Assembly (NCBI RefSeq): GCF_004010195.1
Contig: NC_057754.1
Span: forward strand, 11,538,008-11,602,007
Reading direction: 5' to 3'
Source of the DNA: Chiloscyllium plagiosum
Taxonomy: Eukaryota
Length of the DNA: 64,000 nt
Shown here: positions 1 to 13,304 of the stretch, piece after piece
Numbering within the stretch: the stretch's first letter is position 1
Layout: each line of letters starts with the position of its first letter
Notes under the pieces: generated by a model
The model's input: only the letters and a program-made list of their open reading frames with translations
Database searches by the model: none
What the model was told of the DNA's origin: nothing
Position numbers and translations under genes: made by a program

Positions 1-1360
1 ATAAGGTTCCCCATGGTAGGCTCATTCAGAAGGTCAGGAGGAATGGGATTCAGGGGAACATAGCTGTCTGGATACAGAATTGGCTGGCCAACAGAAGACA
101 GCGAGTGGTAGTAGAAGGAAAATATTCTGCCTGGAAGTCAGTGATGAGTGGTTAGATTAGATTAGATTACTTACAGTGTGGAAACAGGCCCTTCGGCCCA
201 ACAAGTCCACACTGACCCACCAAAGCGCACCCATCCAGATCCATTCCCCTACATTTACCCCTGCACCTAACACTACGGCCAATTTAGCGTGGCCAATTCA
301 CCTAACCCGCACATTTTTCAACTGTGGGAGGAAACCGGAGCACCCGGAGGAAACCCACGCAGACATGGGGAGAATGTGCAAACTCCCTGTGGTGTTCCAC
401 AGGGCTCTGTCCTTGGGCCTCTATTGTTTGTAATTTTTATTAATGACTTGGATGAGGGGATTGAAGGATGGGTCAGCAAGTTTGCAGATGACACAAAGGT
501 TGGAGGTGTCGTTGACAGTATAGAGGGCTGTTGTAGGCTGCAGTGGGACATTGACAGGATGCAGAGATGGGCTGAAAGGTGGCAGATGGAGTTCAACCTG
601 AATAAATGCGAGGTGATGCATTTTGGAAGGTCGAATTTGAAAGCTGAGTACAGGATTAAGGATAGGATTCTTGGCAGTGTGGAGGAACAGAGGGATCTTG
701 GTGTGCAGGTACATAGATCCCTTAAAATGGCCACCCAAGTGGACAGGGTTGTTAAGAAAGCATATGGTGTTTTGGCTTTCATTAACAGGGGATTGAGTTT
801 AAGAGTCGTGAGTTCTTGTTACAGCTCTATAAAACTTTGGTTAGGCCGCACTTGGAATACTGTGTTCAGTTCTGGTCGCCCTATTATAGGAAAGATGTGG
901 ATGCTTTGGAGAGGGATCAGAGGAGGTTTACTAGGATGCTGCCTGGACTGGAGGGCTTATCTTATGAAGAGAGGTTGACTGAGCTCGTTGGAGAAAAGGA
1001 GGAGAAGAGTGGACCTAATTGAGGTATACAAGATAATGAGAGGCATAGATAGAGTCGATAGCCAGAGACTATTTCCCAGGGAAGAAATGACTAACACGAG
1101 GGGTCATAGTTTTAAGCTGGTTGGAGGAAAGTATAGAGGGGATGTCAGAGTCGGGTTCTTCACACAGAGAGTTGTGAGAGCATGGAATGCGTTCCCAGCA
1201 GCAGTTGTGGAGGCAGGGTCATTGGGGACATTTAAGAGACTCCTGGACATGCATTTGGTCACAGAAATTTAAGGGTGCATACATGAGGATTAGTGGTCAG
1301 CACAACATCGTGGCCTGGAGGGCCTGGTCTGTGCTGTACTCTTCTATGTTCAATGTTCTA
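1..1360 (+). mobile_element. CR1-clade LINE, 3' part (RT domain and 3' tail), interrupted by a SINE
   Basis: ORFs 289-978, 816-1022 and 988-1272 carry CR1 RT motifs (GVPQGSVLGPLLF, KFADDTK, RPHLEYCVQFWSP). A tail tctatgttcaatgttcta lies near 1343-1360. Confidence 0.95.
152..387 (-). mobile_element. HE1-type SINE, 5'-truncated, inserted in CR1
   Basis: (TTAGA)n tail at about 152-168, and the body matches the full-length copies at 14764 and 39497. CR1 sequence resumes at about 388. Confidence 0.9.
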
Positions 1361-1950
1361 TCCCCTGGGACTGCCAGAGTGTTAAAAGTTTAAGATGGAG
1401 AGGAATTTTTTAAGTGCGTACAAGAAAATTTTCTGAGTCAGTATGTGGGTGTACCGACTAGAGAAGGTGCAAAACTTGACCTATTCTTGGGAAATAAGGC
1501 AGGGCAGGTGACTGAGGTGTCAGTGGGGGAGCATTTTGGGGCCAGCGACCATAATTCTACTCGTTTTAAAATAGTGATGGAAAAGGATAGACCAGATCTA
1601 AAAGCTGAAGTTCTAAATTGGAGAAAGGCCAATTTTGACGGTATTAGGCAAGAACTTTTGAAAGCTGATTCGAGGCAGATTTTCGCAGGTAAAGGGATGG
1701 CTGGAAAACTGGAAGCATTCAGAAATGAGATAACAAGAATCCAGAGAAAGTATATTCCTGTCAGGGTGATAGGGAAGGCTGGTAGGTATAGGGAATGCTG
1801 GATGACTAAAGAACTGAGGGTTTGGTTAAGAAAAAGAAGGAAGCATATGTCAGGTATAGACAGGAGAGATCGAGTGAATCCTTAGAAGAGTATAAAGGAA
1901 GTAGGAGTATACTTAAGAGGGAAATCAGGAGGGCAAAAGGGGGACATGAA
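1361..1950 (+). mobile_element. CR1 ORF2 fragment (end of endonuclease domain and tether)
   Basis: ORF 1445-1885 reads PTREGAKLDL...GEHFGASDHNS, the C-terminal motif of the APE endonuclease. Confidence 0.9.
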
Positions 1951-1954
1951 CTTT

Positions 1955-4490
1955 TCTAACACTTTACCAACAATTGAAGTGGTTTGTAATTACCAGTGTT
2001 GTCTCTACTACCGTTTTTGAACAAGGGAACCACATTTGCTTTCCTCCAGTCCTCAGGCACTATTCCTATAGACAATGATGATTTGAAAATCAATGCCAAA
2101 GGCTCGGCAATCTTCCCTTGCTTCCCAGAGGATCCTAGGATAGATCCCATCCGGCCCAGGGCACCTGTCTATTTTCACACTCTGCAGTATTTCTAATACT
2201 TCTTGCTTCTGAACCTCAATCTCTTCTAGTCTAGATGCAAGTATCTCTGTATCTTCCTCGCCAACATTTTCCTTTTCTATAGTGAACACGGTCGAAAAAT
2301 ATTTATTTAGTGCTTCCCCTATCTCCTCTGACTCCACACACAACTTCCCACTATTATCCTTGATTGGCCCTAATTTAACTCCCGTTATTCTTTTATTCCT
2401 GACATCCCTTAGGGTTAACCCTGATGCTATCCGCCAACAACTTCTCATGTCTCCTCCTGGCTCTTCTGAGCTCTCTTTTTAGGGATTTCATGGCTTCCTT
2501 CAGTTTCCTTCCCCATTCTACGCTTCCTAAATCTTTCCTAATTGCATTGTAATTTCCCTTCCCCCAGCTGTAACTCTTGTGCGGTGGAGTACACCTATCC
2601 CTTTCCATTACTAAACTAAACCTGACAGAATTGTGATCGCTGTCTCCAAAGTGCTCACCTACTTCCAAATCTAATACCTTTCCAGGCTCGTTACCCAGTG
2701 CTAAATCTGAAGTGGCTTCGCCCCTTGTAGGCCTGTCTACATACTGTGTCAGGAAGCCCTCCTGCACACACTGGACAAAAACTGACCCATCTATAGTACT
2801 CGTACTGTAGTGATCCCAGTCAATATTTGGATAGTTGAAGTCCCCCATGACAACTACCCTGCCTCTCTCACTCCTATCGAGAATCATCTTTGCTATCCTT
2901 TCCTCTACATCTCTGGGACTATTCGGAGGCCTATAGAAAACTCCCAGCATGGTGACTTCTCCTTTCCTGTTTCTAACCTCAGTTCATACTACCTCAGTTA
3001 ATGAGTCCCCAAACATCCTTTCTACAACTGTAATATTGTCCCTGATCAACCATGCCACATCTCCCCCTCTTTTACCATCTTCTCTGTTCTTACTGAAACA
3101 TCTGAATCCCGGAACGTGCAACAGCCATTCCTGTCCCTGCTCTATCCATGTCTCCGTAATGGCCACAACATCGAAGTCCCAGGTACCAACCCACGCTGCC
3201 AGTTCACCCACTTTATTTTGGATGCTCCTTGCGTTGAAGTACACACACTTCAAACCAGGTTCTCGCTTGCCAGTGTCAGATACCTGACTTTGGAACTCCC
3301 TACTCTCATCCTCTTCTGTACCTGTCCTACAAATTTGGTTCCCATCCCCTGCTGTATTAGTTTAAATCCACCTTAATAGCTTTAGCGAATTTCCCACCTA
3401 GGATATTGTTACCCCTCTGGTTTAGATGAAGACCATGCTGCTTGTAGAGTTCCCATCTACCCCAGAAAGAGCTCCAATTATCCAAAAACCCGAAACCCTC
3501 CCTCCTGCACCATCCCTGTAGCCACGCATTCAACTCCTTTCTCTCTCTATTCCTCACCTCACTAGCACGTGGCACGGGCAGCAAACCAGAGAAAACAACT
3601 CTGTTTGTCCTAGCTCTCAGCTTCCATCCTAGCTCCCTGAATTTCTGCCTCAAGTCCCCATCTCTCTTCCGACCTATGTCGTTGGTCCCAATGTGGACAT
3701 CGACTTGGGGCTGCTCTCCCTCCCCCCGAAGGATCGCAAAAACACGATCAGAGACATCACGGACCCTGGCACCCAGGAGGCAATACACCAACCGTGAGTC
3801 TCTCTCGTCCCCACAGAACCTCCTATCTGTCCCCCTAACTATCCAGTCTCCAAAGACTACTGCTCTGCTCCTCTTCCCCCTTCCCTTCTGAGCAGCAGGT
3901 GCCCCACTGCTTTCCCCTGGTAAGTCATCCCCACCAACCGTATCCAAAACGGTATACTTATTGTTGAGGGTAATGGCCACAGGGGATCCCTGCACTGCCT
4001 GCCGGTTCCCTTTCTGTCCCCTAACTGTCACCCATCTGTCTTTTTCTTTCATCTGGGGAGTGACTACCTCTCTGTAAGTCCTATCAATAACCCCCGCTGC
4101 CTGCCGAATGATCCAAAGTTCATCCAACTCCATCTCCAGTGCCCTAACGCGGTTTTTGAGGAGCTGGTGTTGGGTGCACTTCCCACAGATGTAGTCAGCA
4201 GGACACTAGTGGTGACTCTTACTTCCCACATTCTGCAGGAGGAACATTCCATTGCCCTAAACTCCATTCCCACTATTCTAACTCCCGAAGTGACTACTTA
4301 AAAAAAGATTAGGAAATAAACTAGTTACCTTACCTTGTCAATCTGGCTCGCACAACTTTTTTTTAGGTTTGAGGAGGAGGATGGGTGGGAGACACTACCC
4401 AAGTAGTGTCTCGGGTAACGCAATCACGCAAATATAAACTGTTCTACTTACCCTTCCCAGAAGTACTTTGCTCACTCCTCCCAAGTTGGC
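1955..4490 (-). mobile_element. CR1 LINE 5' half: 5'UTR, ORF1, APE endonuclease and start of RT, with internal deletions and frameshifts
   Basis: ORF2 pieces 2984-3253 (YFNARSI...ITETW), 2393-2950 (GVFYRPP, GDFN, SDHN) and 1956-2448 (PGPDGIYPR, PEDWRKANVVPLFK). ORF1 lies upstream. Confidence 0.93.
3357..4273 (-). pseudogene. CR1 ORF1p: N-terminal zinc-finger/coiled region plus SGNH esterase-like domain, frameshifted
   Basis: 4064-4273 reads CSSCRMWE. 3357-4133 reads VVFGDWIVRG (GDS block mutated), HIGTNDI and HGLHLN, typical of esterase-type CR1 ORF1. Confidence 0.88.
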
Positions 4491-4511
4491 CTGAAGGCCT
4501 GATCATCTGTG

Positions 4512-4635
4512 GCAGTGTGAGAGATTTCATGGAAATGCAGGCTACCAGACTGTGTGAATCCCTTCCCACACTCGGGTCAGGTGAATATTCAATTGGATTT
4601 ACTCGGGTGCAAGAGGTTTGGAGGAACGTGGATGC
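4512..4635 (-). pseudogene. C2H2 zinc-finger fragment, paralog of 20930-21060
   Basis: The minus strand reads FT*PECGKGFT, and the sequence is nearly identical to 20930-21010. Confidence 0.75.
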
Positions 4636-4893
4636 ACCAGCTTTCGGAACGCTGCTCCTTCAACAGGTGGTTGTGGAATCTAAGACCATAAGACACAGAA
4701 CTTATATCAAAAGATTACAGTACCACGGGGCTGAAATGATATATTGAACACACCTGGATTGTTATTAAATATTTCATCTTTCAAAATGGGTGGCAAATTT
4801 CGGTTCATTAATATGCAAATCCCAGAACTTCTCCAGATACTTCAATGTTTTATAACAAAAAGTGACATCTCAGCTCAGACAATGCATTAAAGG
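4636..4893 (-). mobile_element. Penelope-type terminal repeat fragment (family B) with a decayed hammerhead motif
   Basis: gctttcggaacgctgctccttcaacaggtg at about 4640-4669 is the reverse complement of a decayed CUGAUGA...GAAAGC core. Related copies lie at 21140, 23110, 52160 and 61887. Confidence 0.7.
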
Positions 4894-4894
4894 T

Positions 4895-6860
4895 TGGCGT
4901 TGAGAGTGTGGTGTTGGAAAAGCACAGCAGGTCAGGCAGGATCGGAGGAGAAGGAGAAACGACATTTTGAGCAAGGGCCCTTCATCAGGAATGAGTCTTG
5001 TGAGCCAAGGGGTGGGGAATGGCGCTGGGGGGAAGGTAGCTGAGAGTGCGATAGGTAGATTGTGTTAGGGATAATGACGATAGGTCGGAGAGGAAGGTGG
5101 ATGAATAGATGGGAAGGAAGATGGACGGGTAGGACAAGTCAACAGGGCCGTGCCACTTTCGAAAGTTGGATCTGGGATCTGGGGAGGCGTGTAAATGAGG
5201 AAAGGAGTAAAATCCACAATGATGTCACGTGGTTGGAACGTCTCAAAGTGGAAAATTAGGCGTTCTTCCTTCTGGTGTTGGAGGGTTAGGGTGTGGCAAT
5301 GGAGGAGGCCCAGGACCTGCATGTCCTTGGTGGAGTTGGAGGGGGAGTTCAAGTGTTTAGCCACAAGGTGGTGGGGTTGGTTGGTGTGGGTGTCCTGGAG
5401 TTGTTCTCTGAAGTGATCTGCAATTAGGCATCCTGTCTCCCAAGTGAAGAGGACACCACAATGGTAATAAATGACATGTGTGGAAGTGCAGGTAAAATTC
5501 CTTTGGATGTCGAAAGCTCCTTTGGTGGTTTGGACAGAGGTGAGGGGGAGTGGTGTGGGCGCAGGTTTTGCAATACCTGTGGTGTCAGGAAAAGACGTCT
5601 GTAGAGGAGGGTCTGTTGCTGGGGAGGGCGGGGGGGGGGGGGGGGGGGTGGGGGCCGTGGAAGGAGTCGCAGAGGGAAGGGTATTTATGGCAAATGAATA
5701 TGAGTAGGGAGGGAAATATATCACTGGTGATGGGTTCGTTTGTCGGTGACAGAGATATAAGAGGTTGATACAATGTATATGGAGGTTGGTGGGGAATGGA
5801 AGGTAAAGAGCGAAGGGTTCTGTGCTTGCTGCAGTTAGGCGGGTGGCGTTTGAGGGTGTGGGTGAGGGTGTGGGAAGTGGATGAGGCATACTGGAGGACA
5901 TTGTCGACCATGCTGGGTGGGGAATTTGTGTTCTTTGAAGAAGGAGGCCATCTGGTGTGTTCTGTGGTGAAACTCTCATCCTGGGAGCAGATGCAGTAGG
6001 AATTGGGAATAAGGGACAGCAGTTTTACAAGGGGCAGGGTGGGAAGATTTGTAGTCCAGTTAGCTGTGAGAGTCGGTGAGTTTGTGGAAGATGTCCATGT
6101 TGAGTCGGTCATCTGGAGGGAGTGGGAGGACTCAAAGGTGAAATTATTGAGGATGAAGACCAGTTCAGCCAAACGAATGAAAGTGTTAATGGAGGGGTAC
6201 TGGTGGGGATGCCAGAAGAGAAGAAACAGAGGGCTTGGAGGCCTTTGTCAAGGAAGATAGAGGTGTATGTGAACTGGATGTCCAAGGTGAAGATAAGACA
6301 TTGGGGGCTGGGGAAACAAAAGACTTGGAGGAGATGGAGGGCGTATGTGGTGTCCCAAATATATGTGGGGAGTTCCTGAACAGTGGGGATAGGACAGTGT
6401 TAAGGTATATGGAGATAAGTTCAGTGAGGCTGGAGCAGACTGTGATAATGAGTTGGCTGGAGCAATGAGGTTTTGCAGATTTTGGAGAGGAGATTGAACC
6501 GGGTGGTGTGTGCTTCCTGAACTATGAGTTTGGAGGCTGTGGGTGGGAGATTCCCTGAAGTGAATGAAGTTGTGTATGGCCTGGGAGATGATGGTTTCGT
6601 AATGGGCGGTGAAGTCACGGTCAAGAGGGCAAAAGGAGGAGGTGTCTTCGAGTTGGCGTCTGGCTTCAGCGGTGTAGAGGTCAGTGAGCCAAACTATCAC
6701 TGCATGGTCCGCTGGTTTGATGGTGAGGTTGGGGTGGAGTGAAGGGAGTGGAGGGCAACGAGTTGCGAAGGTAAGAGATTGGAGTGGGTGAGGAGTGGTC
6801 GACAGGTTGAGATGGTCAACATGGGAGGCGAAGGTGGGAGGTCAGATGACTCAAATGAAG
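4895..6860 (-). mobile_element. Penelope-like retroelement body (RT and GIY-YIG endonuclease remnants plus 3' terminal repeat), degraded
   Basis: ORF 5065-5979 ends FTCTSTHVIY...GCLIADHFREQ...VAKHLNSPS...EERLIFHF, a GIY-YIG-type domain. RT remnants include AELVFILNNFTF and YTAEARRQLEDTS. Confidence 0.88.
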
Positions 6861-7582
6861 TTCATATAACGAACCAAAATTTGCAACCCATTCTAAAAGA
6901 TGAAAGACTTATTAATCCAGGTTTTTTCAATATATCATTTCAAGTGCATGACACTGACATCTTTTTTCTATAAATTGTGTGTCTTATCGACCTCATTCAC
7001 AGCTACCTGAAGAGGAATAAATGGCTCATTCCCATGTAGTAGATTGTGAGCAATGGAGTATTGCAAGGATCAGTGAGTGAACTCCAACTATTCAGTATCC
7101 ATATCATTGATTTGAATATGGAAGCTGAGCAGAGGGGGATTATGTTTCCAAAATGAATTTCTGGGATTTACTGTACATGTAATGAACGGAAACTTGCAAA
7201 CCATTCTAAAAGATGAAAGACTTAACAATTCAGGTTTGTTCGATATATCATCTCAGTCTCATGACACTGTAATCTTTAGGTATAAATTCCGTGTCTTACA
7301 CGGCTCCACAACCAGTTGATCAAGGAGCAGTGCTTGCAAATAAACCCATTGGACTATAATCTGGTGTTGTGTGGTTTTTATCTTTGTAAAGGATGTGCGG
7401 AAAGAAACTTTATCAGCCAGCGGGTGGTTGAATCTGGAAGTCACTGTCTGTACGGGTCGGAGAAGCAGAAACCCTTTTAATGTGAAGAAGCATTCCGATG
7501 TGAATTTGTGATGCGAATACGCACAAGTCTATTTTCCGTCCAGTCCAGTCACAATAGGTTGAATAGCAGCACTCTTGCTAAC

Positions 7583-7654
7583 TTGTTGGTAGTATAGTGG
7601 TTAGTGTTGCTGCCTGTCACGCGGGAGACCGGGGTTCAATTCCCCGCTCAAGGA
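7583..7654 (+). tRNA. tRNA-Asp(GTC) pseudogene
   Basis: tagtatagtggttag...cctGTCacgcgggagaccggggttcaattccccg matches vertebrate tRNA-Asp. The T-arm and the A/B boxes are intact, but the acceptor stem (ttgttgg/ctcaagg) has two mismatches. Confidence 0.85.
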
Positions 7655-7974
7655 TATCAACTCAACTTTGTGGTAACGCAGTAAGCAGTAGCATTTTCTT
7701 TCAGCGACAGGGACCCAGGTTCTTCGTGGAGTTCACATGCCCTTCCAGAGACCATGAATGTGTAGATTAGGTGGCTTGGAGATGAAATATATTTCTCGTC
7801 AATTTGTCTCACCAGGCGTTCTTGAATACTGGACACTGCTCAATATCAAGAATTAGAACCTGTCGCCAATGCTGCATTGACATTTAAATGGAAGTGCGAA
7901 AATAAAAGGAACTTTATTTCCACTCCCATCTTCACTCTTTATGAATATGCATCGAAACAGGTAATTCAGCCCAT

Positions 7975-9490
7975 CTAGGTAAGATGTATGGAATACAGGG
8001 AGAACTAGCCATTTGAATACAGAACTGGCTCAAAGGTAGAAGACAGAAGGTGGTGGTGGAGGATTGCTTTTCAGACAGGACGCCTGTGACCAGTGGTGCA
8101 CCTCAAGTATAGGTACTACTACTTTTCGTCATTTACTCAAATGATTTGGACATTGTCGTGGAAATTAAAACGACTTGACTCAATTATTAGCAAGAGCAAA
8201 GAAAGGATCTTTATTTTTAAATCCTGCAAGATTGACTCATTACACTCAACCAGATGCCTCAATGCAAAGAGTACTGAAACATTGTACAGATGCCTGCCTT
8301 ACAGCGTTCCTTATTACACTCTCAAGTGCAAAGACTGGGGAAACTCAAGTTGTTATCCTCTCATCCCCTGGTCCGAGACAAAAGAGTTCTTCAGTTTTCG
8401 CTGAGTTCGACTATCACAAGGTCGAGTTGAATGTTTTCAGAATTCAAATAGATAAGCTAACTGCAAACCTTCATCAAAGCATCGTTTACAAAGTTCAGTA
8501 CAGCATTACATTTAAGAAAACCATTCTCTTTAAATTTCACAGTAAATGGACAATTAATTTCACAGTAAATGGATAATTTTCCTTTACAGATGTGAACATT
8601 ACAAGTTAGTAAGTTTGCAGATGACAATAAAATTGGAGGTGTAATGGACAACAAAGAAGGTTACAACGGGATCTTGATCAAATGGGTCAATGGGCTGAGG
8701 AGTGGTGGATGGAGTTTAATTTAGGTAAATGTGATGTGCTGTATTTTGGAAATGCAAATCTTAGCAGGACTTATACACTTAATGGTAAGGGTCTGGGGAG
8801 TGCTGCTGAACGAAAAGAACCTTGGAGTGCAGGTTCATAGTTCCTTGAAAGTGGAGTCGCAGGTAGAAAGAGTAGTGAAGAAAGTGTTTGGCATGCTTTC
8901 CTTTTTAGGTCAGAGCACTGAGTATGGGAGTTGGGAGGTCATGTTGCAGCTGTCCAGGACATTGGTTTTGGAATATTGTGTGCAATTCTGGTCTCCCTCC
9001 CATAGGAAGGATGGTGTGAAACTTGAAAGGGTTCAGAAAAGATTTACGAGGATGTTGCCAGGCTTGAAATGTTTGAGCTCTCAGGAGAGGCTGAATAGAT
9101 TGGGGCTGTTTTCCCTGGAAGATCAGAAGCTGAGGAGTGACTTTATAGAGGTTTGTAAAATCATAAAGGGCATGGATAGTGTAAATAGACAAGGTCTTTC
9201 CCCTGGGTTGGTTAAGTCCAGAACAAGACGGCATAAGCTCAGGGAGTGAGGGGAAAGTTTAAAAGGAAGCACAGAGTCTGGTGCGTGTATGGAATGAGCT
9301 GCCAGAGGAAGTGGTGGAGGTTGCTACAATTACAGATTTAAAAAGGCATCTGGATGGGTGTATTAATAGGAAGGGTTTAGCGGGATATGGGCAGAGTGTT
9401 GGCAATGGGACTAGGTTAGGTTAAGATATCTAGTCAGCATGGATGAATTGTACTGAAGAGTCTGTTTCCATCTGTACATCTCTATGACTA
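7975..9490 (+). mobile_element. CR1 RT 3' fragment, interrupted by a solo LTR
   Basis: ORF 8731-9249 reads LGVQVHSSLK and EYCVQFWSP. Its paralog is at 27670-28765. Confidence 0.9.
8154..8588 (-). mobile_element. Solo LTR, 435 bp
   Basis: TGT...ACA termini with imperfect inverted ends (tgtcgtggaaatta / taattttcctttaca). Flanks are gacat (8149-8153) and gatgt (8589-8593). AATAAA lies on the minus strand near 8211-8216. The paralogous site at about 27840 is empty. Confidence 0.8.
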
Positions 9491-10199
9491 TAGAACAGAA
9501 AGTGTTGGAGGAACTCGGCAGGTCTGCCAGCATCTGTAGAGAGATCTCAGTTCTGAAGAAGGGTGAATGGATTCCATGCTGCTTTGGTTTTGGAGTATGG
9601 TTCGGGACTGGGTGGAGTAAGTGCGATTTCAATGATACCAAGGTCACACTGGGATCCCTCATGATCTTTGCAGTGAATATATCACACACGGAGAAGAATG
9701 AAAGAAGTGTTAAAGAACCTCTGCCTGTACTCATCATGCTTCATCACTAGTGGTGAAAGGCGTTACATAAATGCAACTCTGTCTTTTTAAAATGTTCTCA
9801 AATCCCAGTCCCCTGCTTACTGATCCTGGTCTGTGGAAACAGTTTCTCACTATTTGCTCCACCCAAACACTAGTGCCATGAAATCTCCATTTCATCGTCT
9901 TTGTTCCAAATAGAAAAGTCCTAGTCTCTGGAATCTCGCCACAAAACTAAACTCCCTCCTTCTAGGTCATGATGAAATGGGGGATTGAGAAAAAATAAGT
10001 CAGTTGGTGGTGGAAACATGGAAGCCCAGTATTCAGCTTTGTGATCTTTCAATACTCTTTGTGTATCAAGTGGAAGAAAATGGCTGAATAATGTGCCAAT
10101 GGAAAGAGGCCGAACCCAGGGAAGGGACAAACAGTACCGTCCCTGGATCGGGGAGAAAGAATGAGAAGAAGACGTTCTTGAAATGCCCTGCTGCATGGA

Positions 10200-13100
10200 A
10201 TTCCTGGAGCAATGCATACAGTTCCGGTCACCACAGTACCTGAAGTTTGTGCTTACTGTGGAGAGGGTACAGGAAGGTTTACCAGGATATTGCCTGATTA
10301 GGGGGATTTTAGCTTTGAAGGAATTTTGGATAGACTGGGTTAGTTCTCACTGGCATGCAAGAGATTGAGGGTCGACCTGATAGAAATTTATAAGTTTGTG
10401 AACGGCATGGATATATTGAAAAATGTGAGCCTTTTTTCCCAGGGTACAGGGATCAACTACTAGGGGACACAGGTTCAAGGTGCAGGGATAGCGGTGAATG
10501 TTTAAAAGAGATGTGCGAGGCAAGTTTTCAGACAGAGTGGTGAATGCCTGGAACATACTGAGAGGAAGTGGTGGAAGCAGGCACAAGAGCAGCATTCAAA
10601 AAACATCAGGCTGAATATATGAATAGGAAGGAAATAGTGGGTTATGGATCCTGTAAGTGACGACATTGTAAGGGCAAAATATGTCGACGCAGGCTGTGAG
10701 GGCCAAAGGGCCTGTTCCTGTGCTGTATAGTTCTTTGTTCAATGTGGAATGTACATCAGCAGAGTTCCACATGGAAGAGTAGTGAGTAATGTTAGACTCC
10801 ATGAGATTCGGGGCAAGCTTGCCAATTGGATACAAAATTGGCTTTATCACAGGAGACAGAGGGTGGTGATTGAAGATTGTTTTCAGACTGGAGGCCTGTG
10901 TACAGCAGTGTTCCACATGAATCAGTACAGGGTCTACTTTTGTTTCTCATTTATGTAAATGATTTAGGTGAGAGTATGCGAGGCACAGTTAGAATGTTTA
11001 TGGATGGCACAAAAATTGGTGATTTGGTGGACAATGAAGAAGGTTATCTAAAATTGCAAAGAAATCGTGATCAGTCACGTCAATGGACTGACGAGTGGCA
11101 GATGAAGTTTAATTTGGATAACTGTGAGGTATTACATTTTCCTAATACAAATAAGGACAGGATGTGTACAATTAATGGTAGGGTACTGAGAGACCCAGAG
11201 GTTCAGGAAGGTAATTATTTGAAATTTGCTTTACTGGTAGAGAGGGTGATTACGAACGCGTTTGGCACACTTGCTTGGATTACCATAGGCGCAAGGATGT
11301 CATGTGGAGAATGTGCAGGATGTTGATGAGGCCTCCTCTCCAATACAATGTGCAGTTCTGGACCGCTGTTATGGGAAGGAAATTATTAAACCGGAAAGGG
11401 TTCAGAAAGGATATTGCCAGGAGGGTTTGTGATATAAAAATAGGCTGGGAAGTCAGTGACTTTTTCAAAACAGTGTCATGAAGTTTAGGGGGTGACCTCA
11501 TTGAGGTTTATAAAATCGTGAGAGGCATCGATTGTGTGAATGAGAAGATTATTTTCGCAATGGTGGGAGATTTCAACGCAAGATGCATACTTTTAAGGTA
11601 AGAGGGGAAAGATTTGAAAAGGACAGGAAGGGCAATGTTTTAACACAGAGAGAACAATACAGCACAGAACAGGCCCTTCGGCCCACAATGTTGTGCTGAA
11701 CATTTGTCCGAGCTTAAGCACCTATCCATGTACCTATCCAATTGCAGCTTAAATGTCACCAATGATTCTGACTCTGCCACTCCCACAGGCAGCGCATTCC
11801 ATGCCCCCACCACTCTCTGGGTAAAGAACCTACCCTGACATCCCCCCTATACCTTCCACCCTTCACCTTAAATTTATGTCCCCTTGTAACACTCTGTTGT
11901 ACCCGGGGAAAAAGTCTCTGACTGTCTACTCTATCTATTCCCCTGATCATCTTATAAACCTCTATCAAGTCACCCCTCATCCTTCGCCGTTCCAATGAGA
12001 AAAAGCCTATCACTCTCAACCTATCCTCGTATGACCTATTCTCCATTCAAGGCAACATCCTGGTAAATCTCCTCTGCATCCTCTCCAAAGCTTCCACATC
12101 TTTCCTAAAGTGAGGCGACCAGAACTGCACACAGTACTCCAAATGAGGCCTTACCAAGATCCTGTAAAGCTGCAACATCACCTCACGACTCTTGAATTCA
12201 ATCCCTCTGCTAATGAACACTAATACACCATAGGCCTTCTTACAAGCTCTATCCACCTGAGTGGCAACTCCCAAAGACCTATGAACATAGACCCCAAGAT
12301 CCCTCTTCTTCGTATCGTCTGCAAATGTACTGACCCACCCTTCGACTCCCTCTTCCAAGTCATTAATAAAAATTACAAACAGCAGAGGATCCAGAACTGA
12401 TCCCTGCGGAACTCCACTTGTAACTGGGCTCCAAGCTTAATATTTACCATCTACCACCACTCTTTGACTTCGACCGGTTAGCCAGTTCTCTATCCAATTG
12501 GCCAAATTTCCCACTATCCCATGCCTCCTAACTTTCCGCATAAGTCTACCATGGGGAACCTAATCAAATGCCTTACTAAAATCCATGTACACTACATCCA
12601 CTGATCTACCCTCATCCACATGCTTGGTCACCTCCTCAAAGAATTCAATAAGACTTGTAAGGCAAGACCTACCTCTCACAATTCCGTGCTGGCTGTCCCT
12701 AATCAAGCAGTGTCTTTCCAGATACTCATAAATCCTATCCCTCAGTACCCTTTCCATTACTTTGCCTACCACCGAAGTAAGACTAACTGGCCTGTAATTC
12801 CCGGGGTTATCCTTATACCCTTTTTGAACAGGGGCACAACATTCGCCACTCTCCAGTCCCCTGGTACCACCCCCGTTGACAGTGAAGACGAAAAGATCAT
12901 TGCCAACGGCTCTGCAATTTCCTCTCTTGCTTCCCACATAATCCTAGGATATATCCCGTCAGGCCCGGGGGACTTGTCTATCCTCAAGTTTTTCAAAATG
13001 CCCAACACGTCTTCCTTCCTAACAAGTATCTCCTCTAGCTTACCAGTCCGTTTCATACTCTCCTCTTCAACAATACGGTCCCTCTCATTTGTAAATACAG

Positions 13101-13290
13101 AGAGTGGTTCATGTGTGGTATGAGCTGCCAAAGGAAGCGGTGAATGCAGATACAGTTACAATGTGCAAAAGACATTTTGATCAATTCATGAAGAGGAACG
13201 GGTTATAGCTAAGTGGGACTCGTTCAGTTTGGGAACATGGTCGGCGTTGACTGGTTGGGCCGAAGGGCCGTGCTGTATAACTCTATAATG
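10200..13290 (+). mobile_element. Older CR1 fragments (10200-10742 and 10760-13290), the second interrupted by a younger CR1
   Basis: Degenerate RT ORFs 10749-11481. Paralogous to 30242-31700. Confidence 0.85.
11652..13096 (-). mobile_element. Young 5'-truncated CR1 (RT and 3' end)
   Basis: Well-preserved RT ORFs 11756-13131. It is flanked by acagagag on both sides (probable TSD) and is absent from the paralog near 31500. Confidence 0.92.
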
Positions 13291-13304
13291 AACCAAGACC
13301 AGAG

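Noticed and set aside
3357..4133. 258-aa SGNH esterase-like ORF as a host gene
   Set aside because: It is CR1 ORF1, directly upstream of the APE endonuclease. It is frameshifted and the GDS serine is lost.
8093..8576. ORFs of 103 and 133 aa
   Set aside because: They fall largely within the solo LTR and have no recognisable protein similarity.
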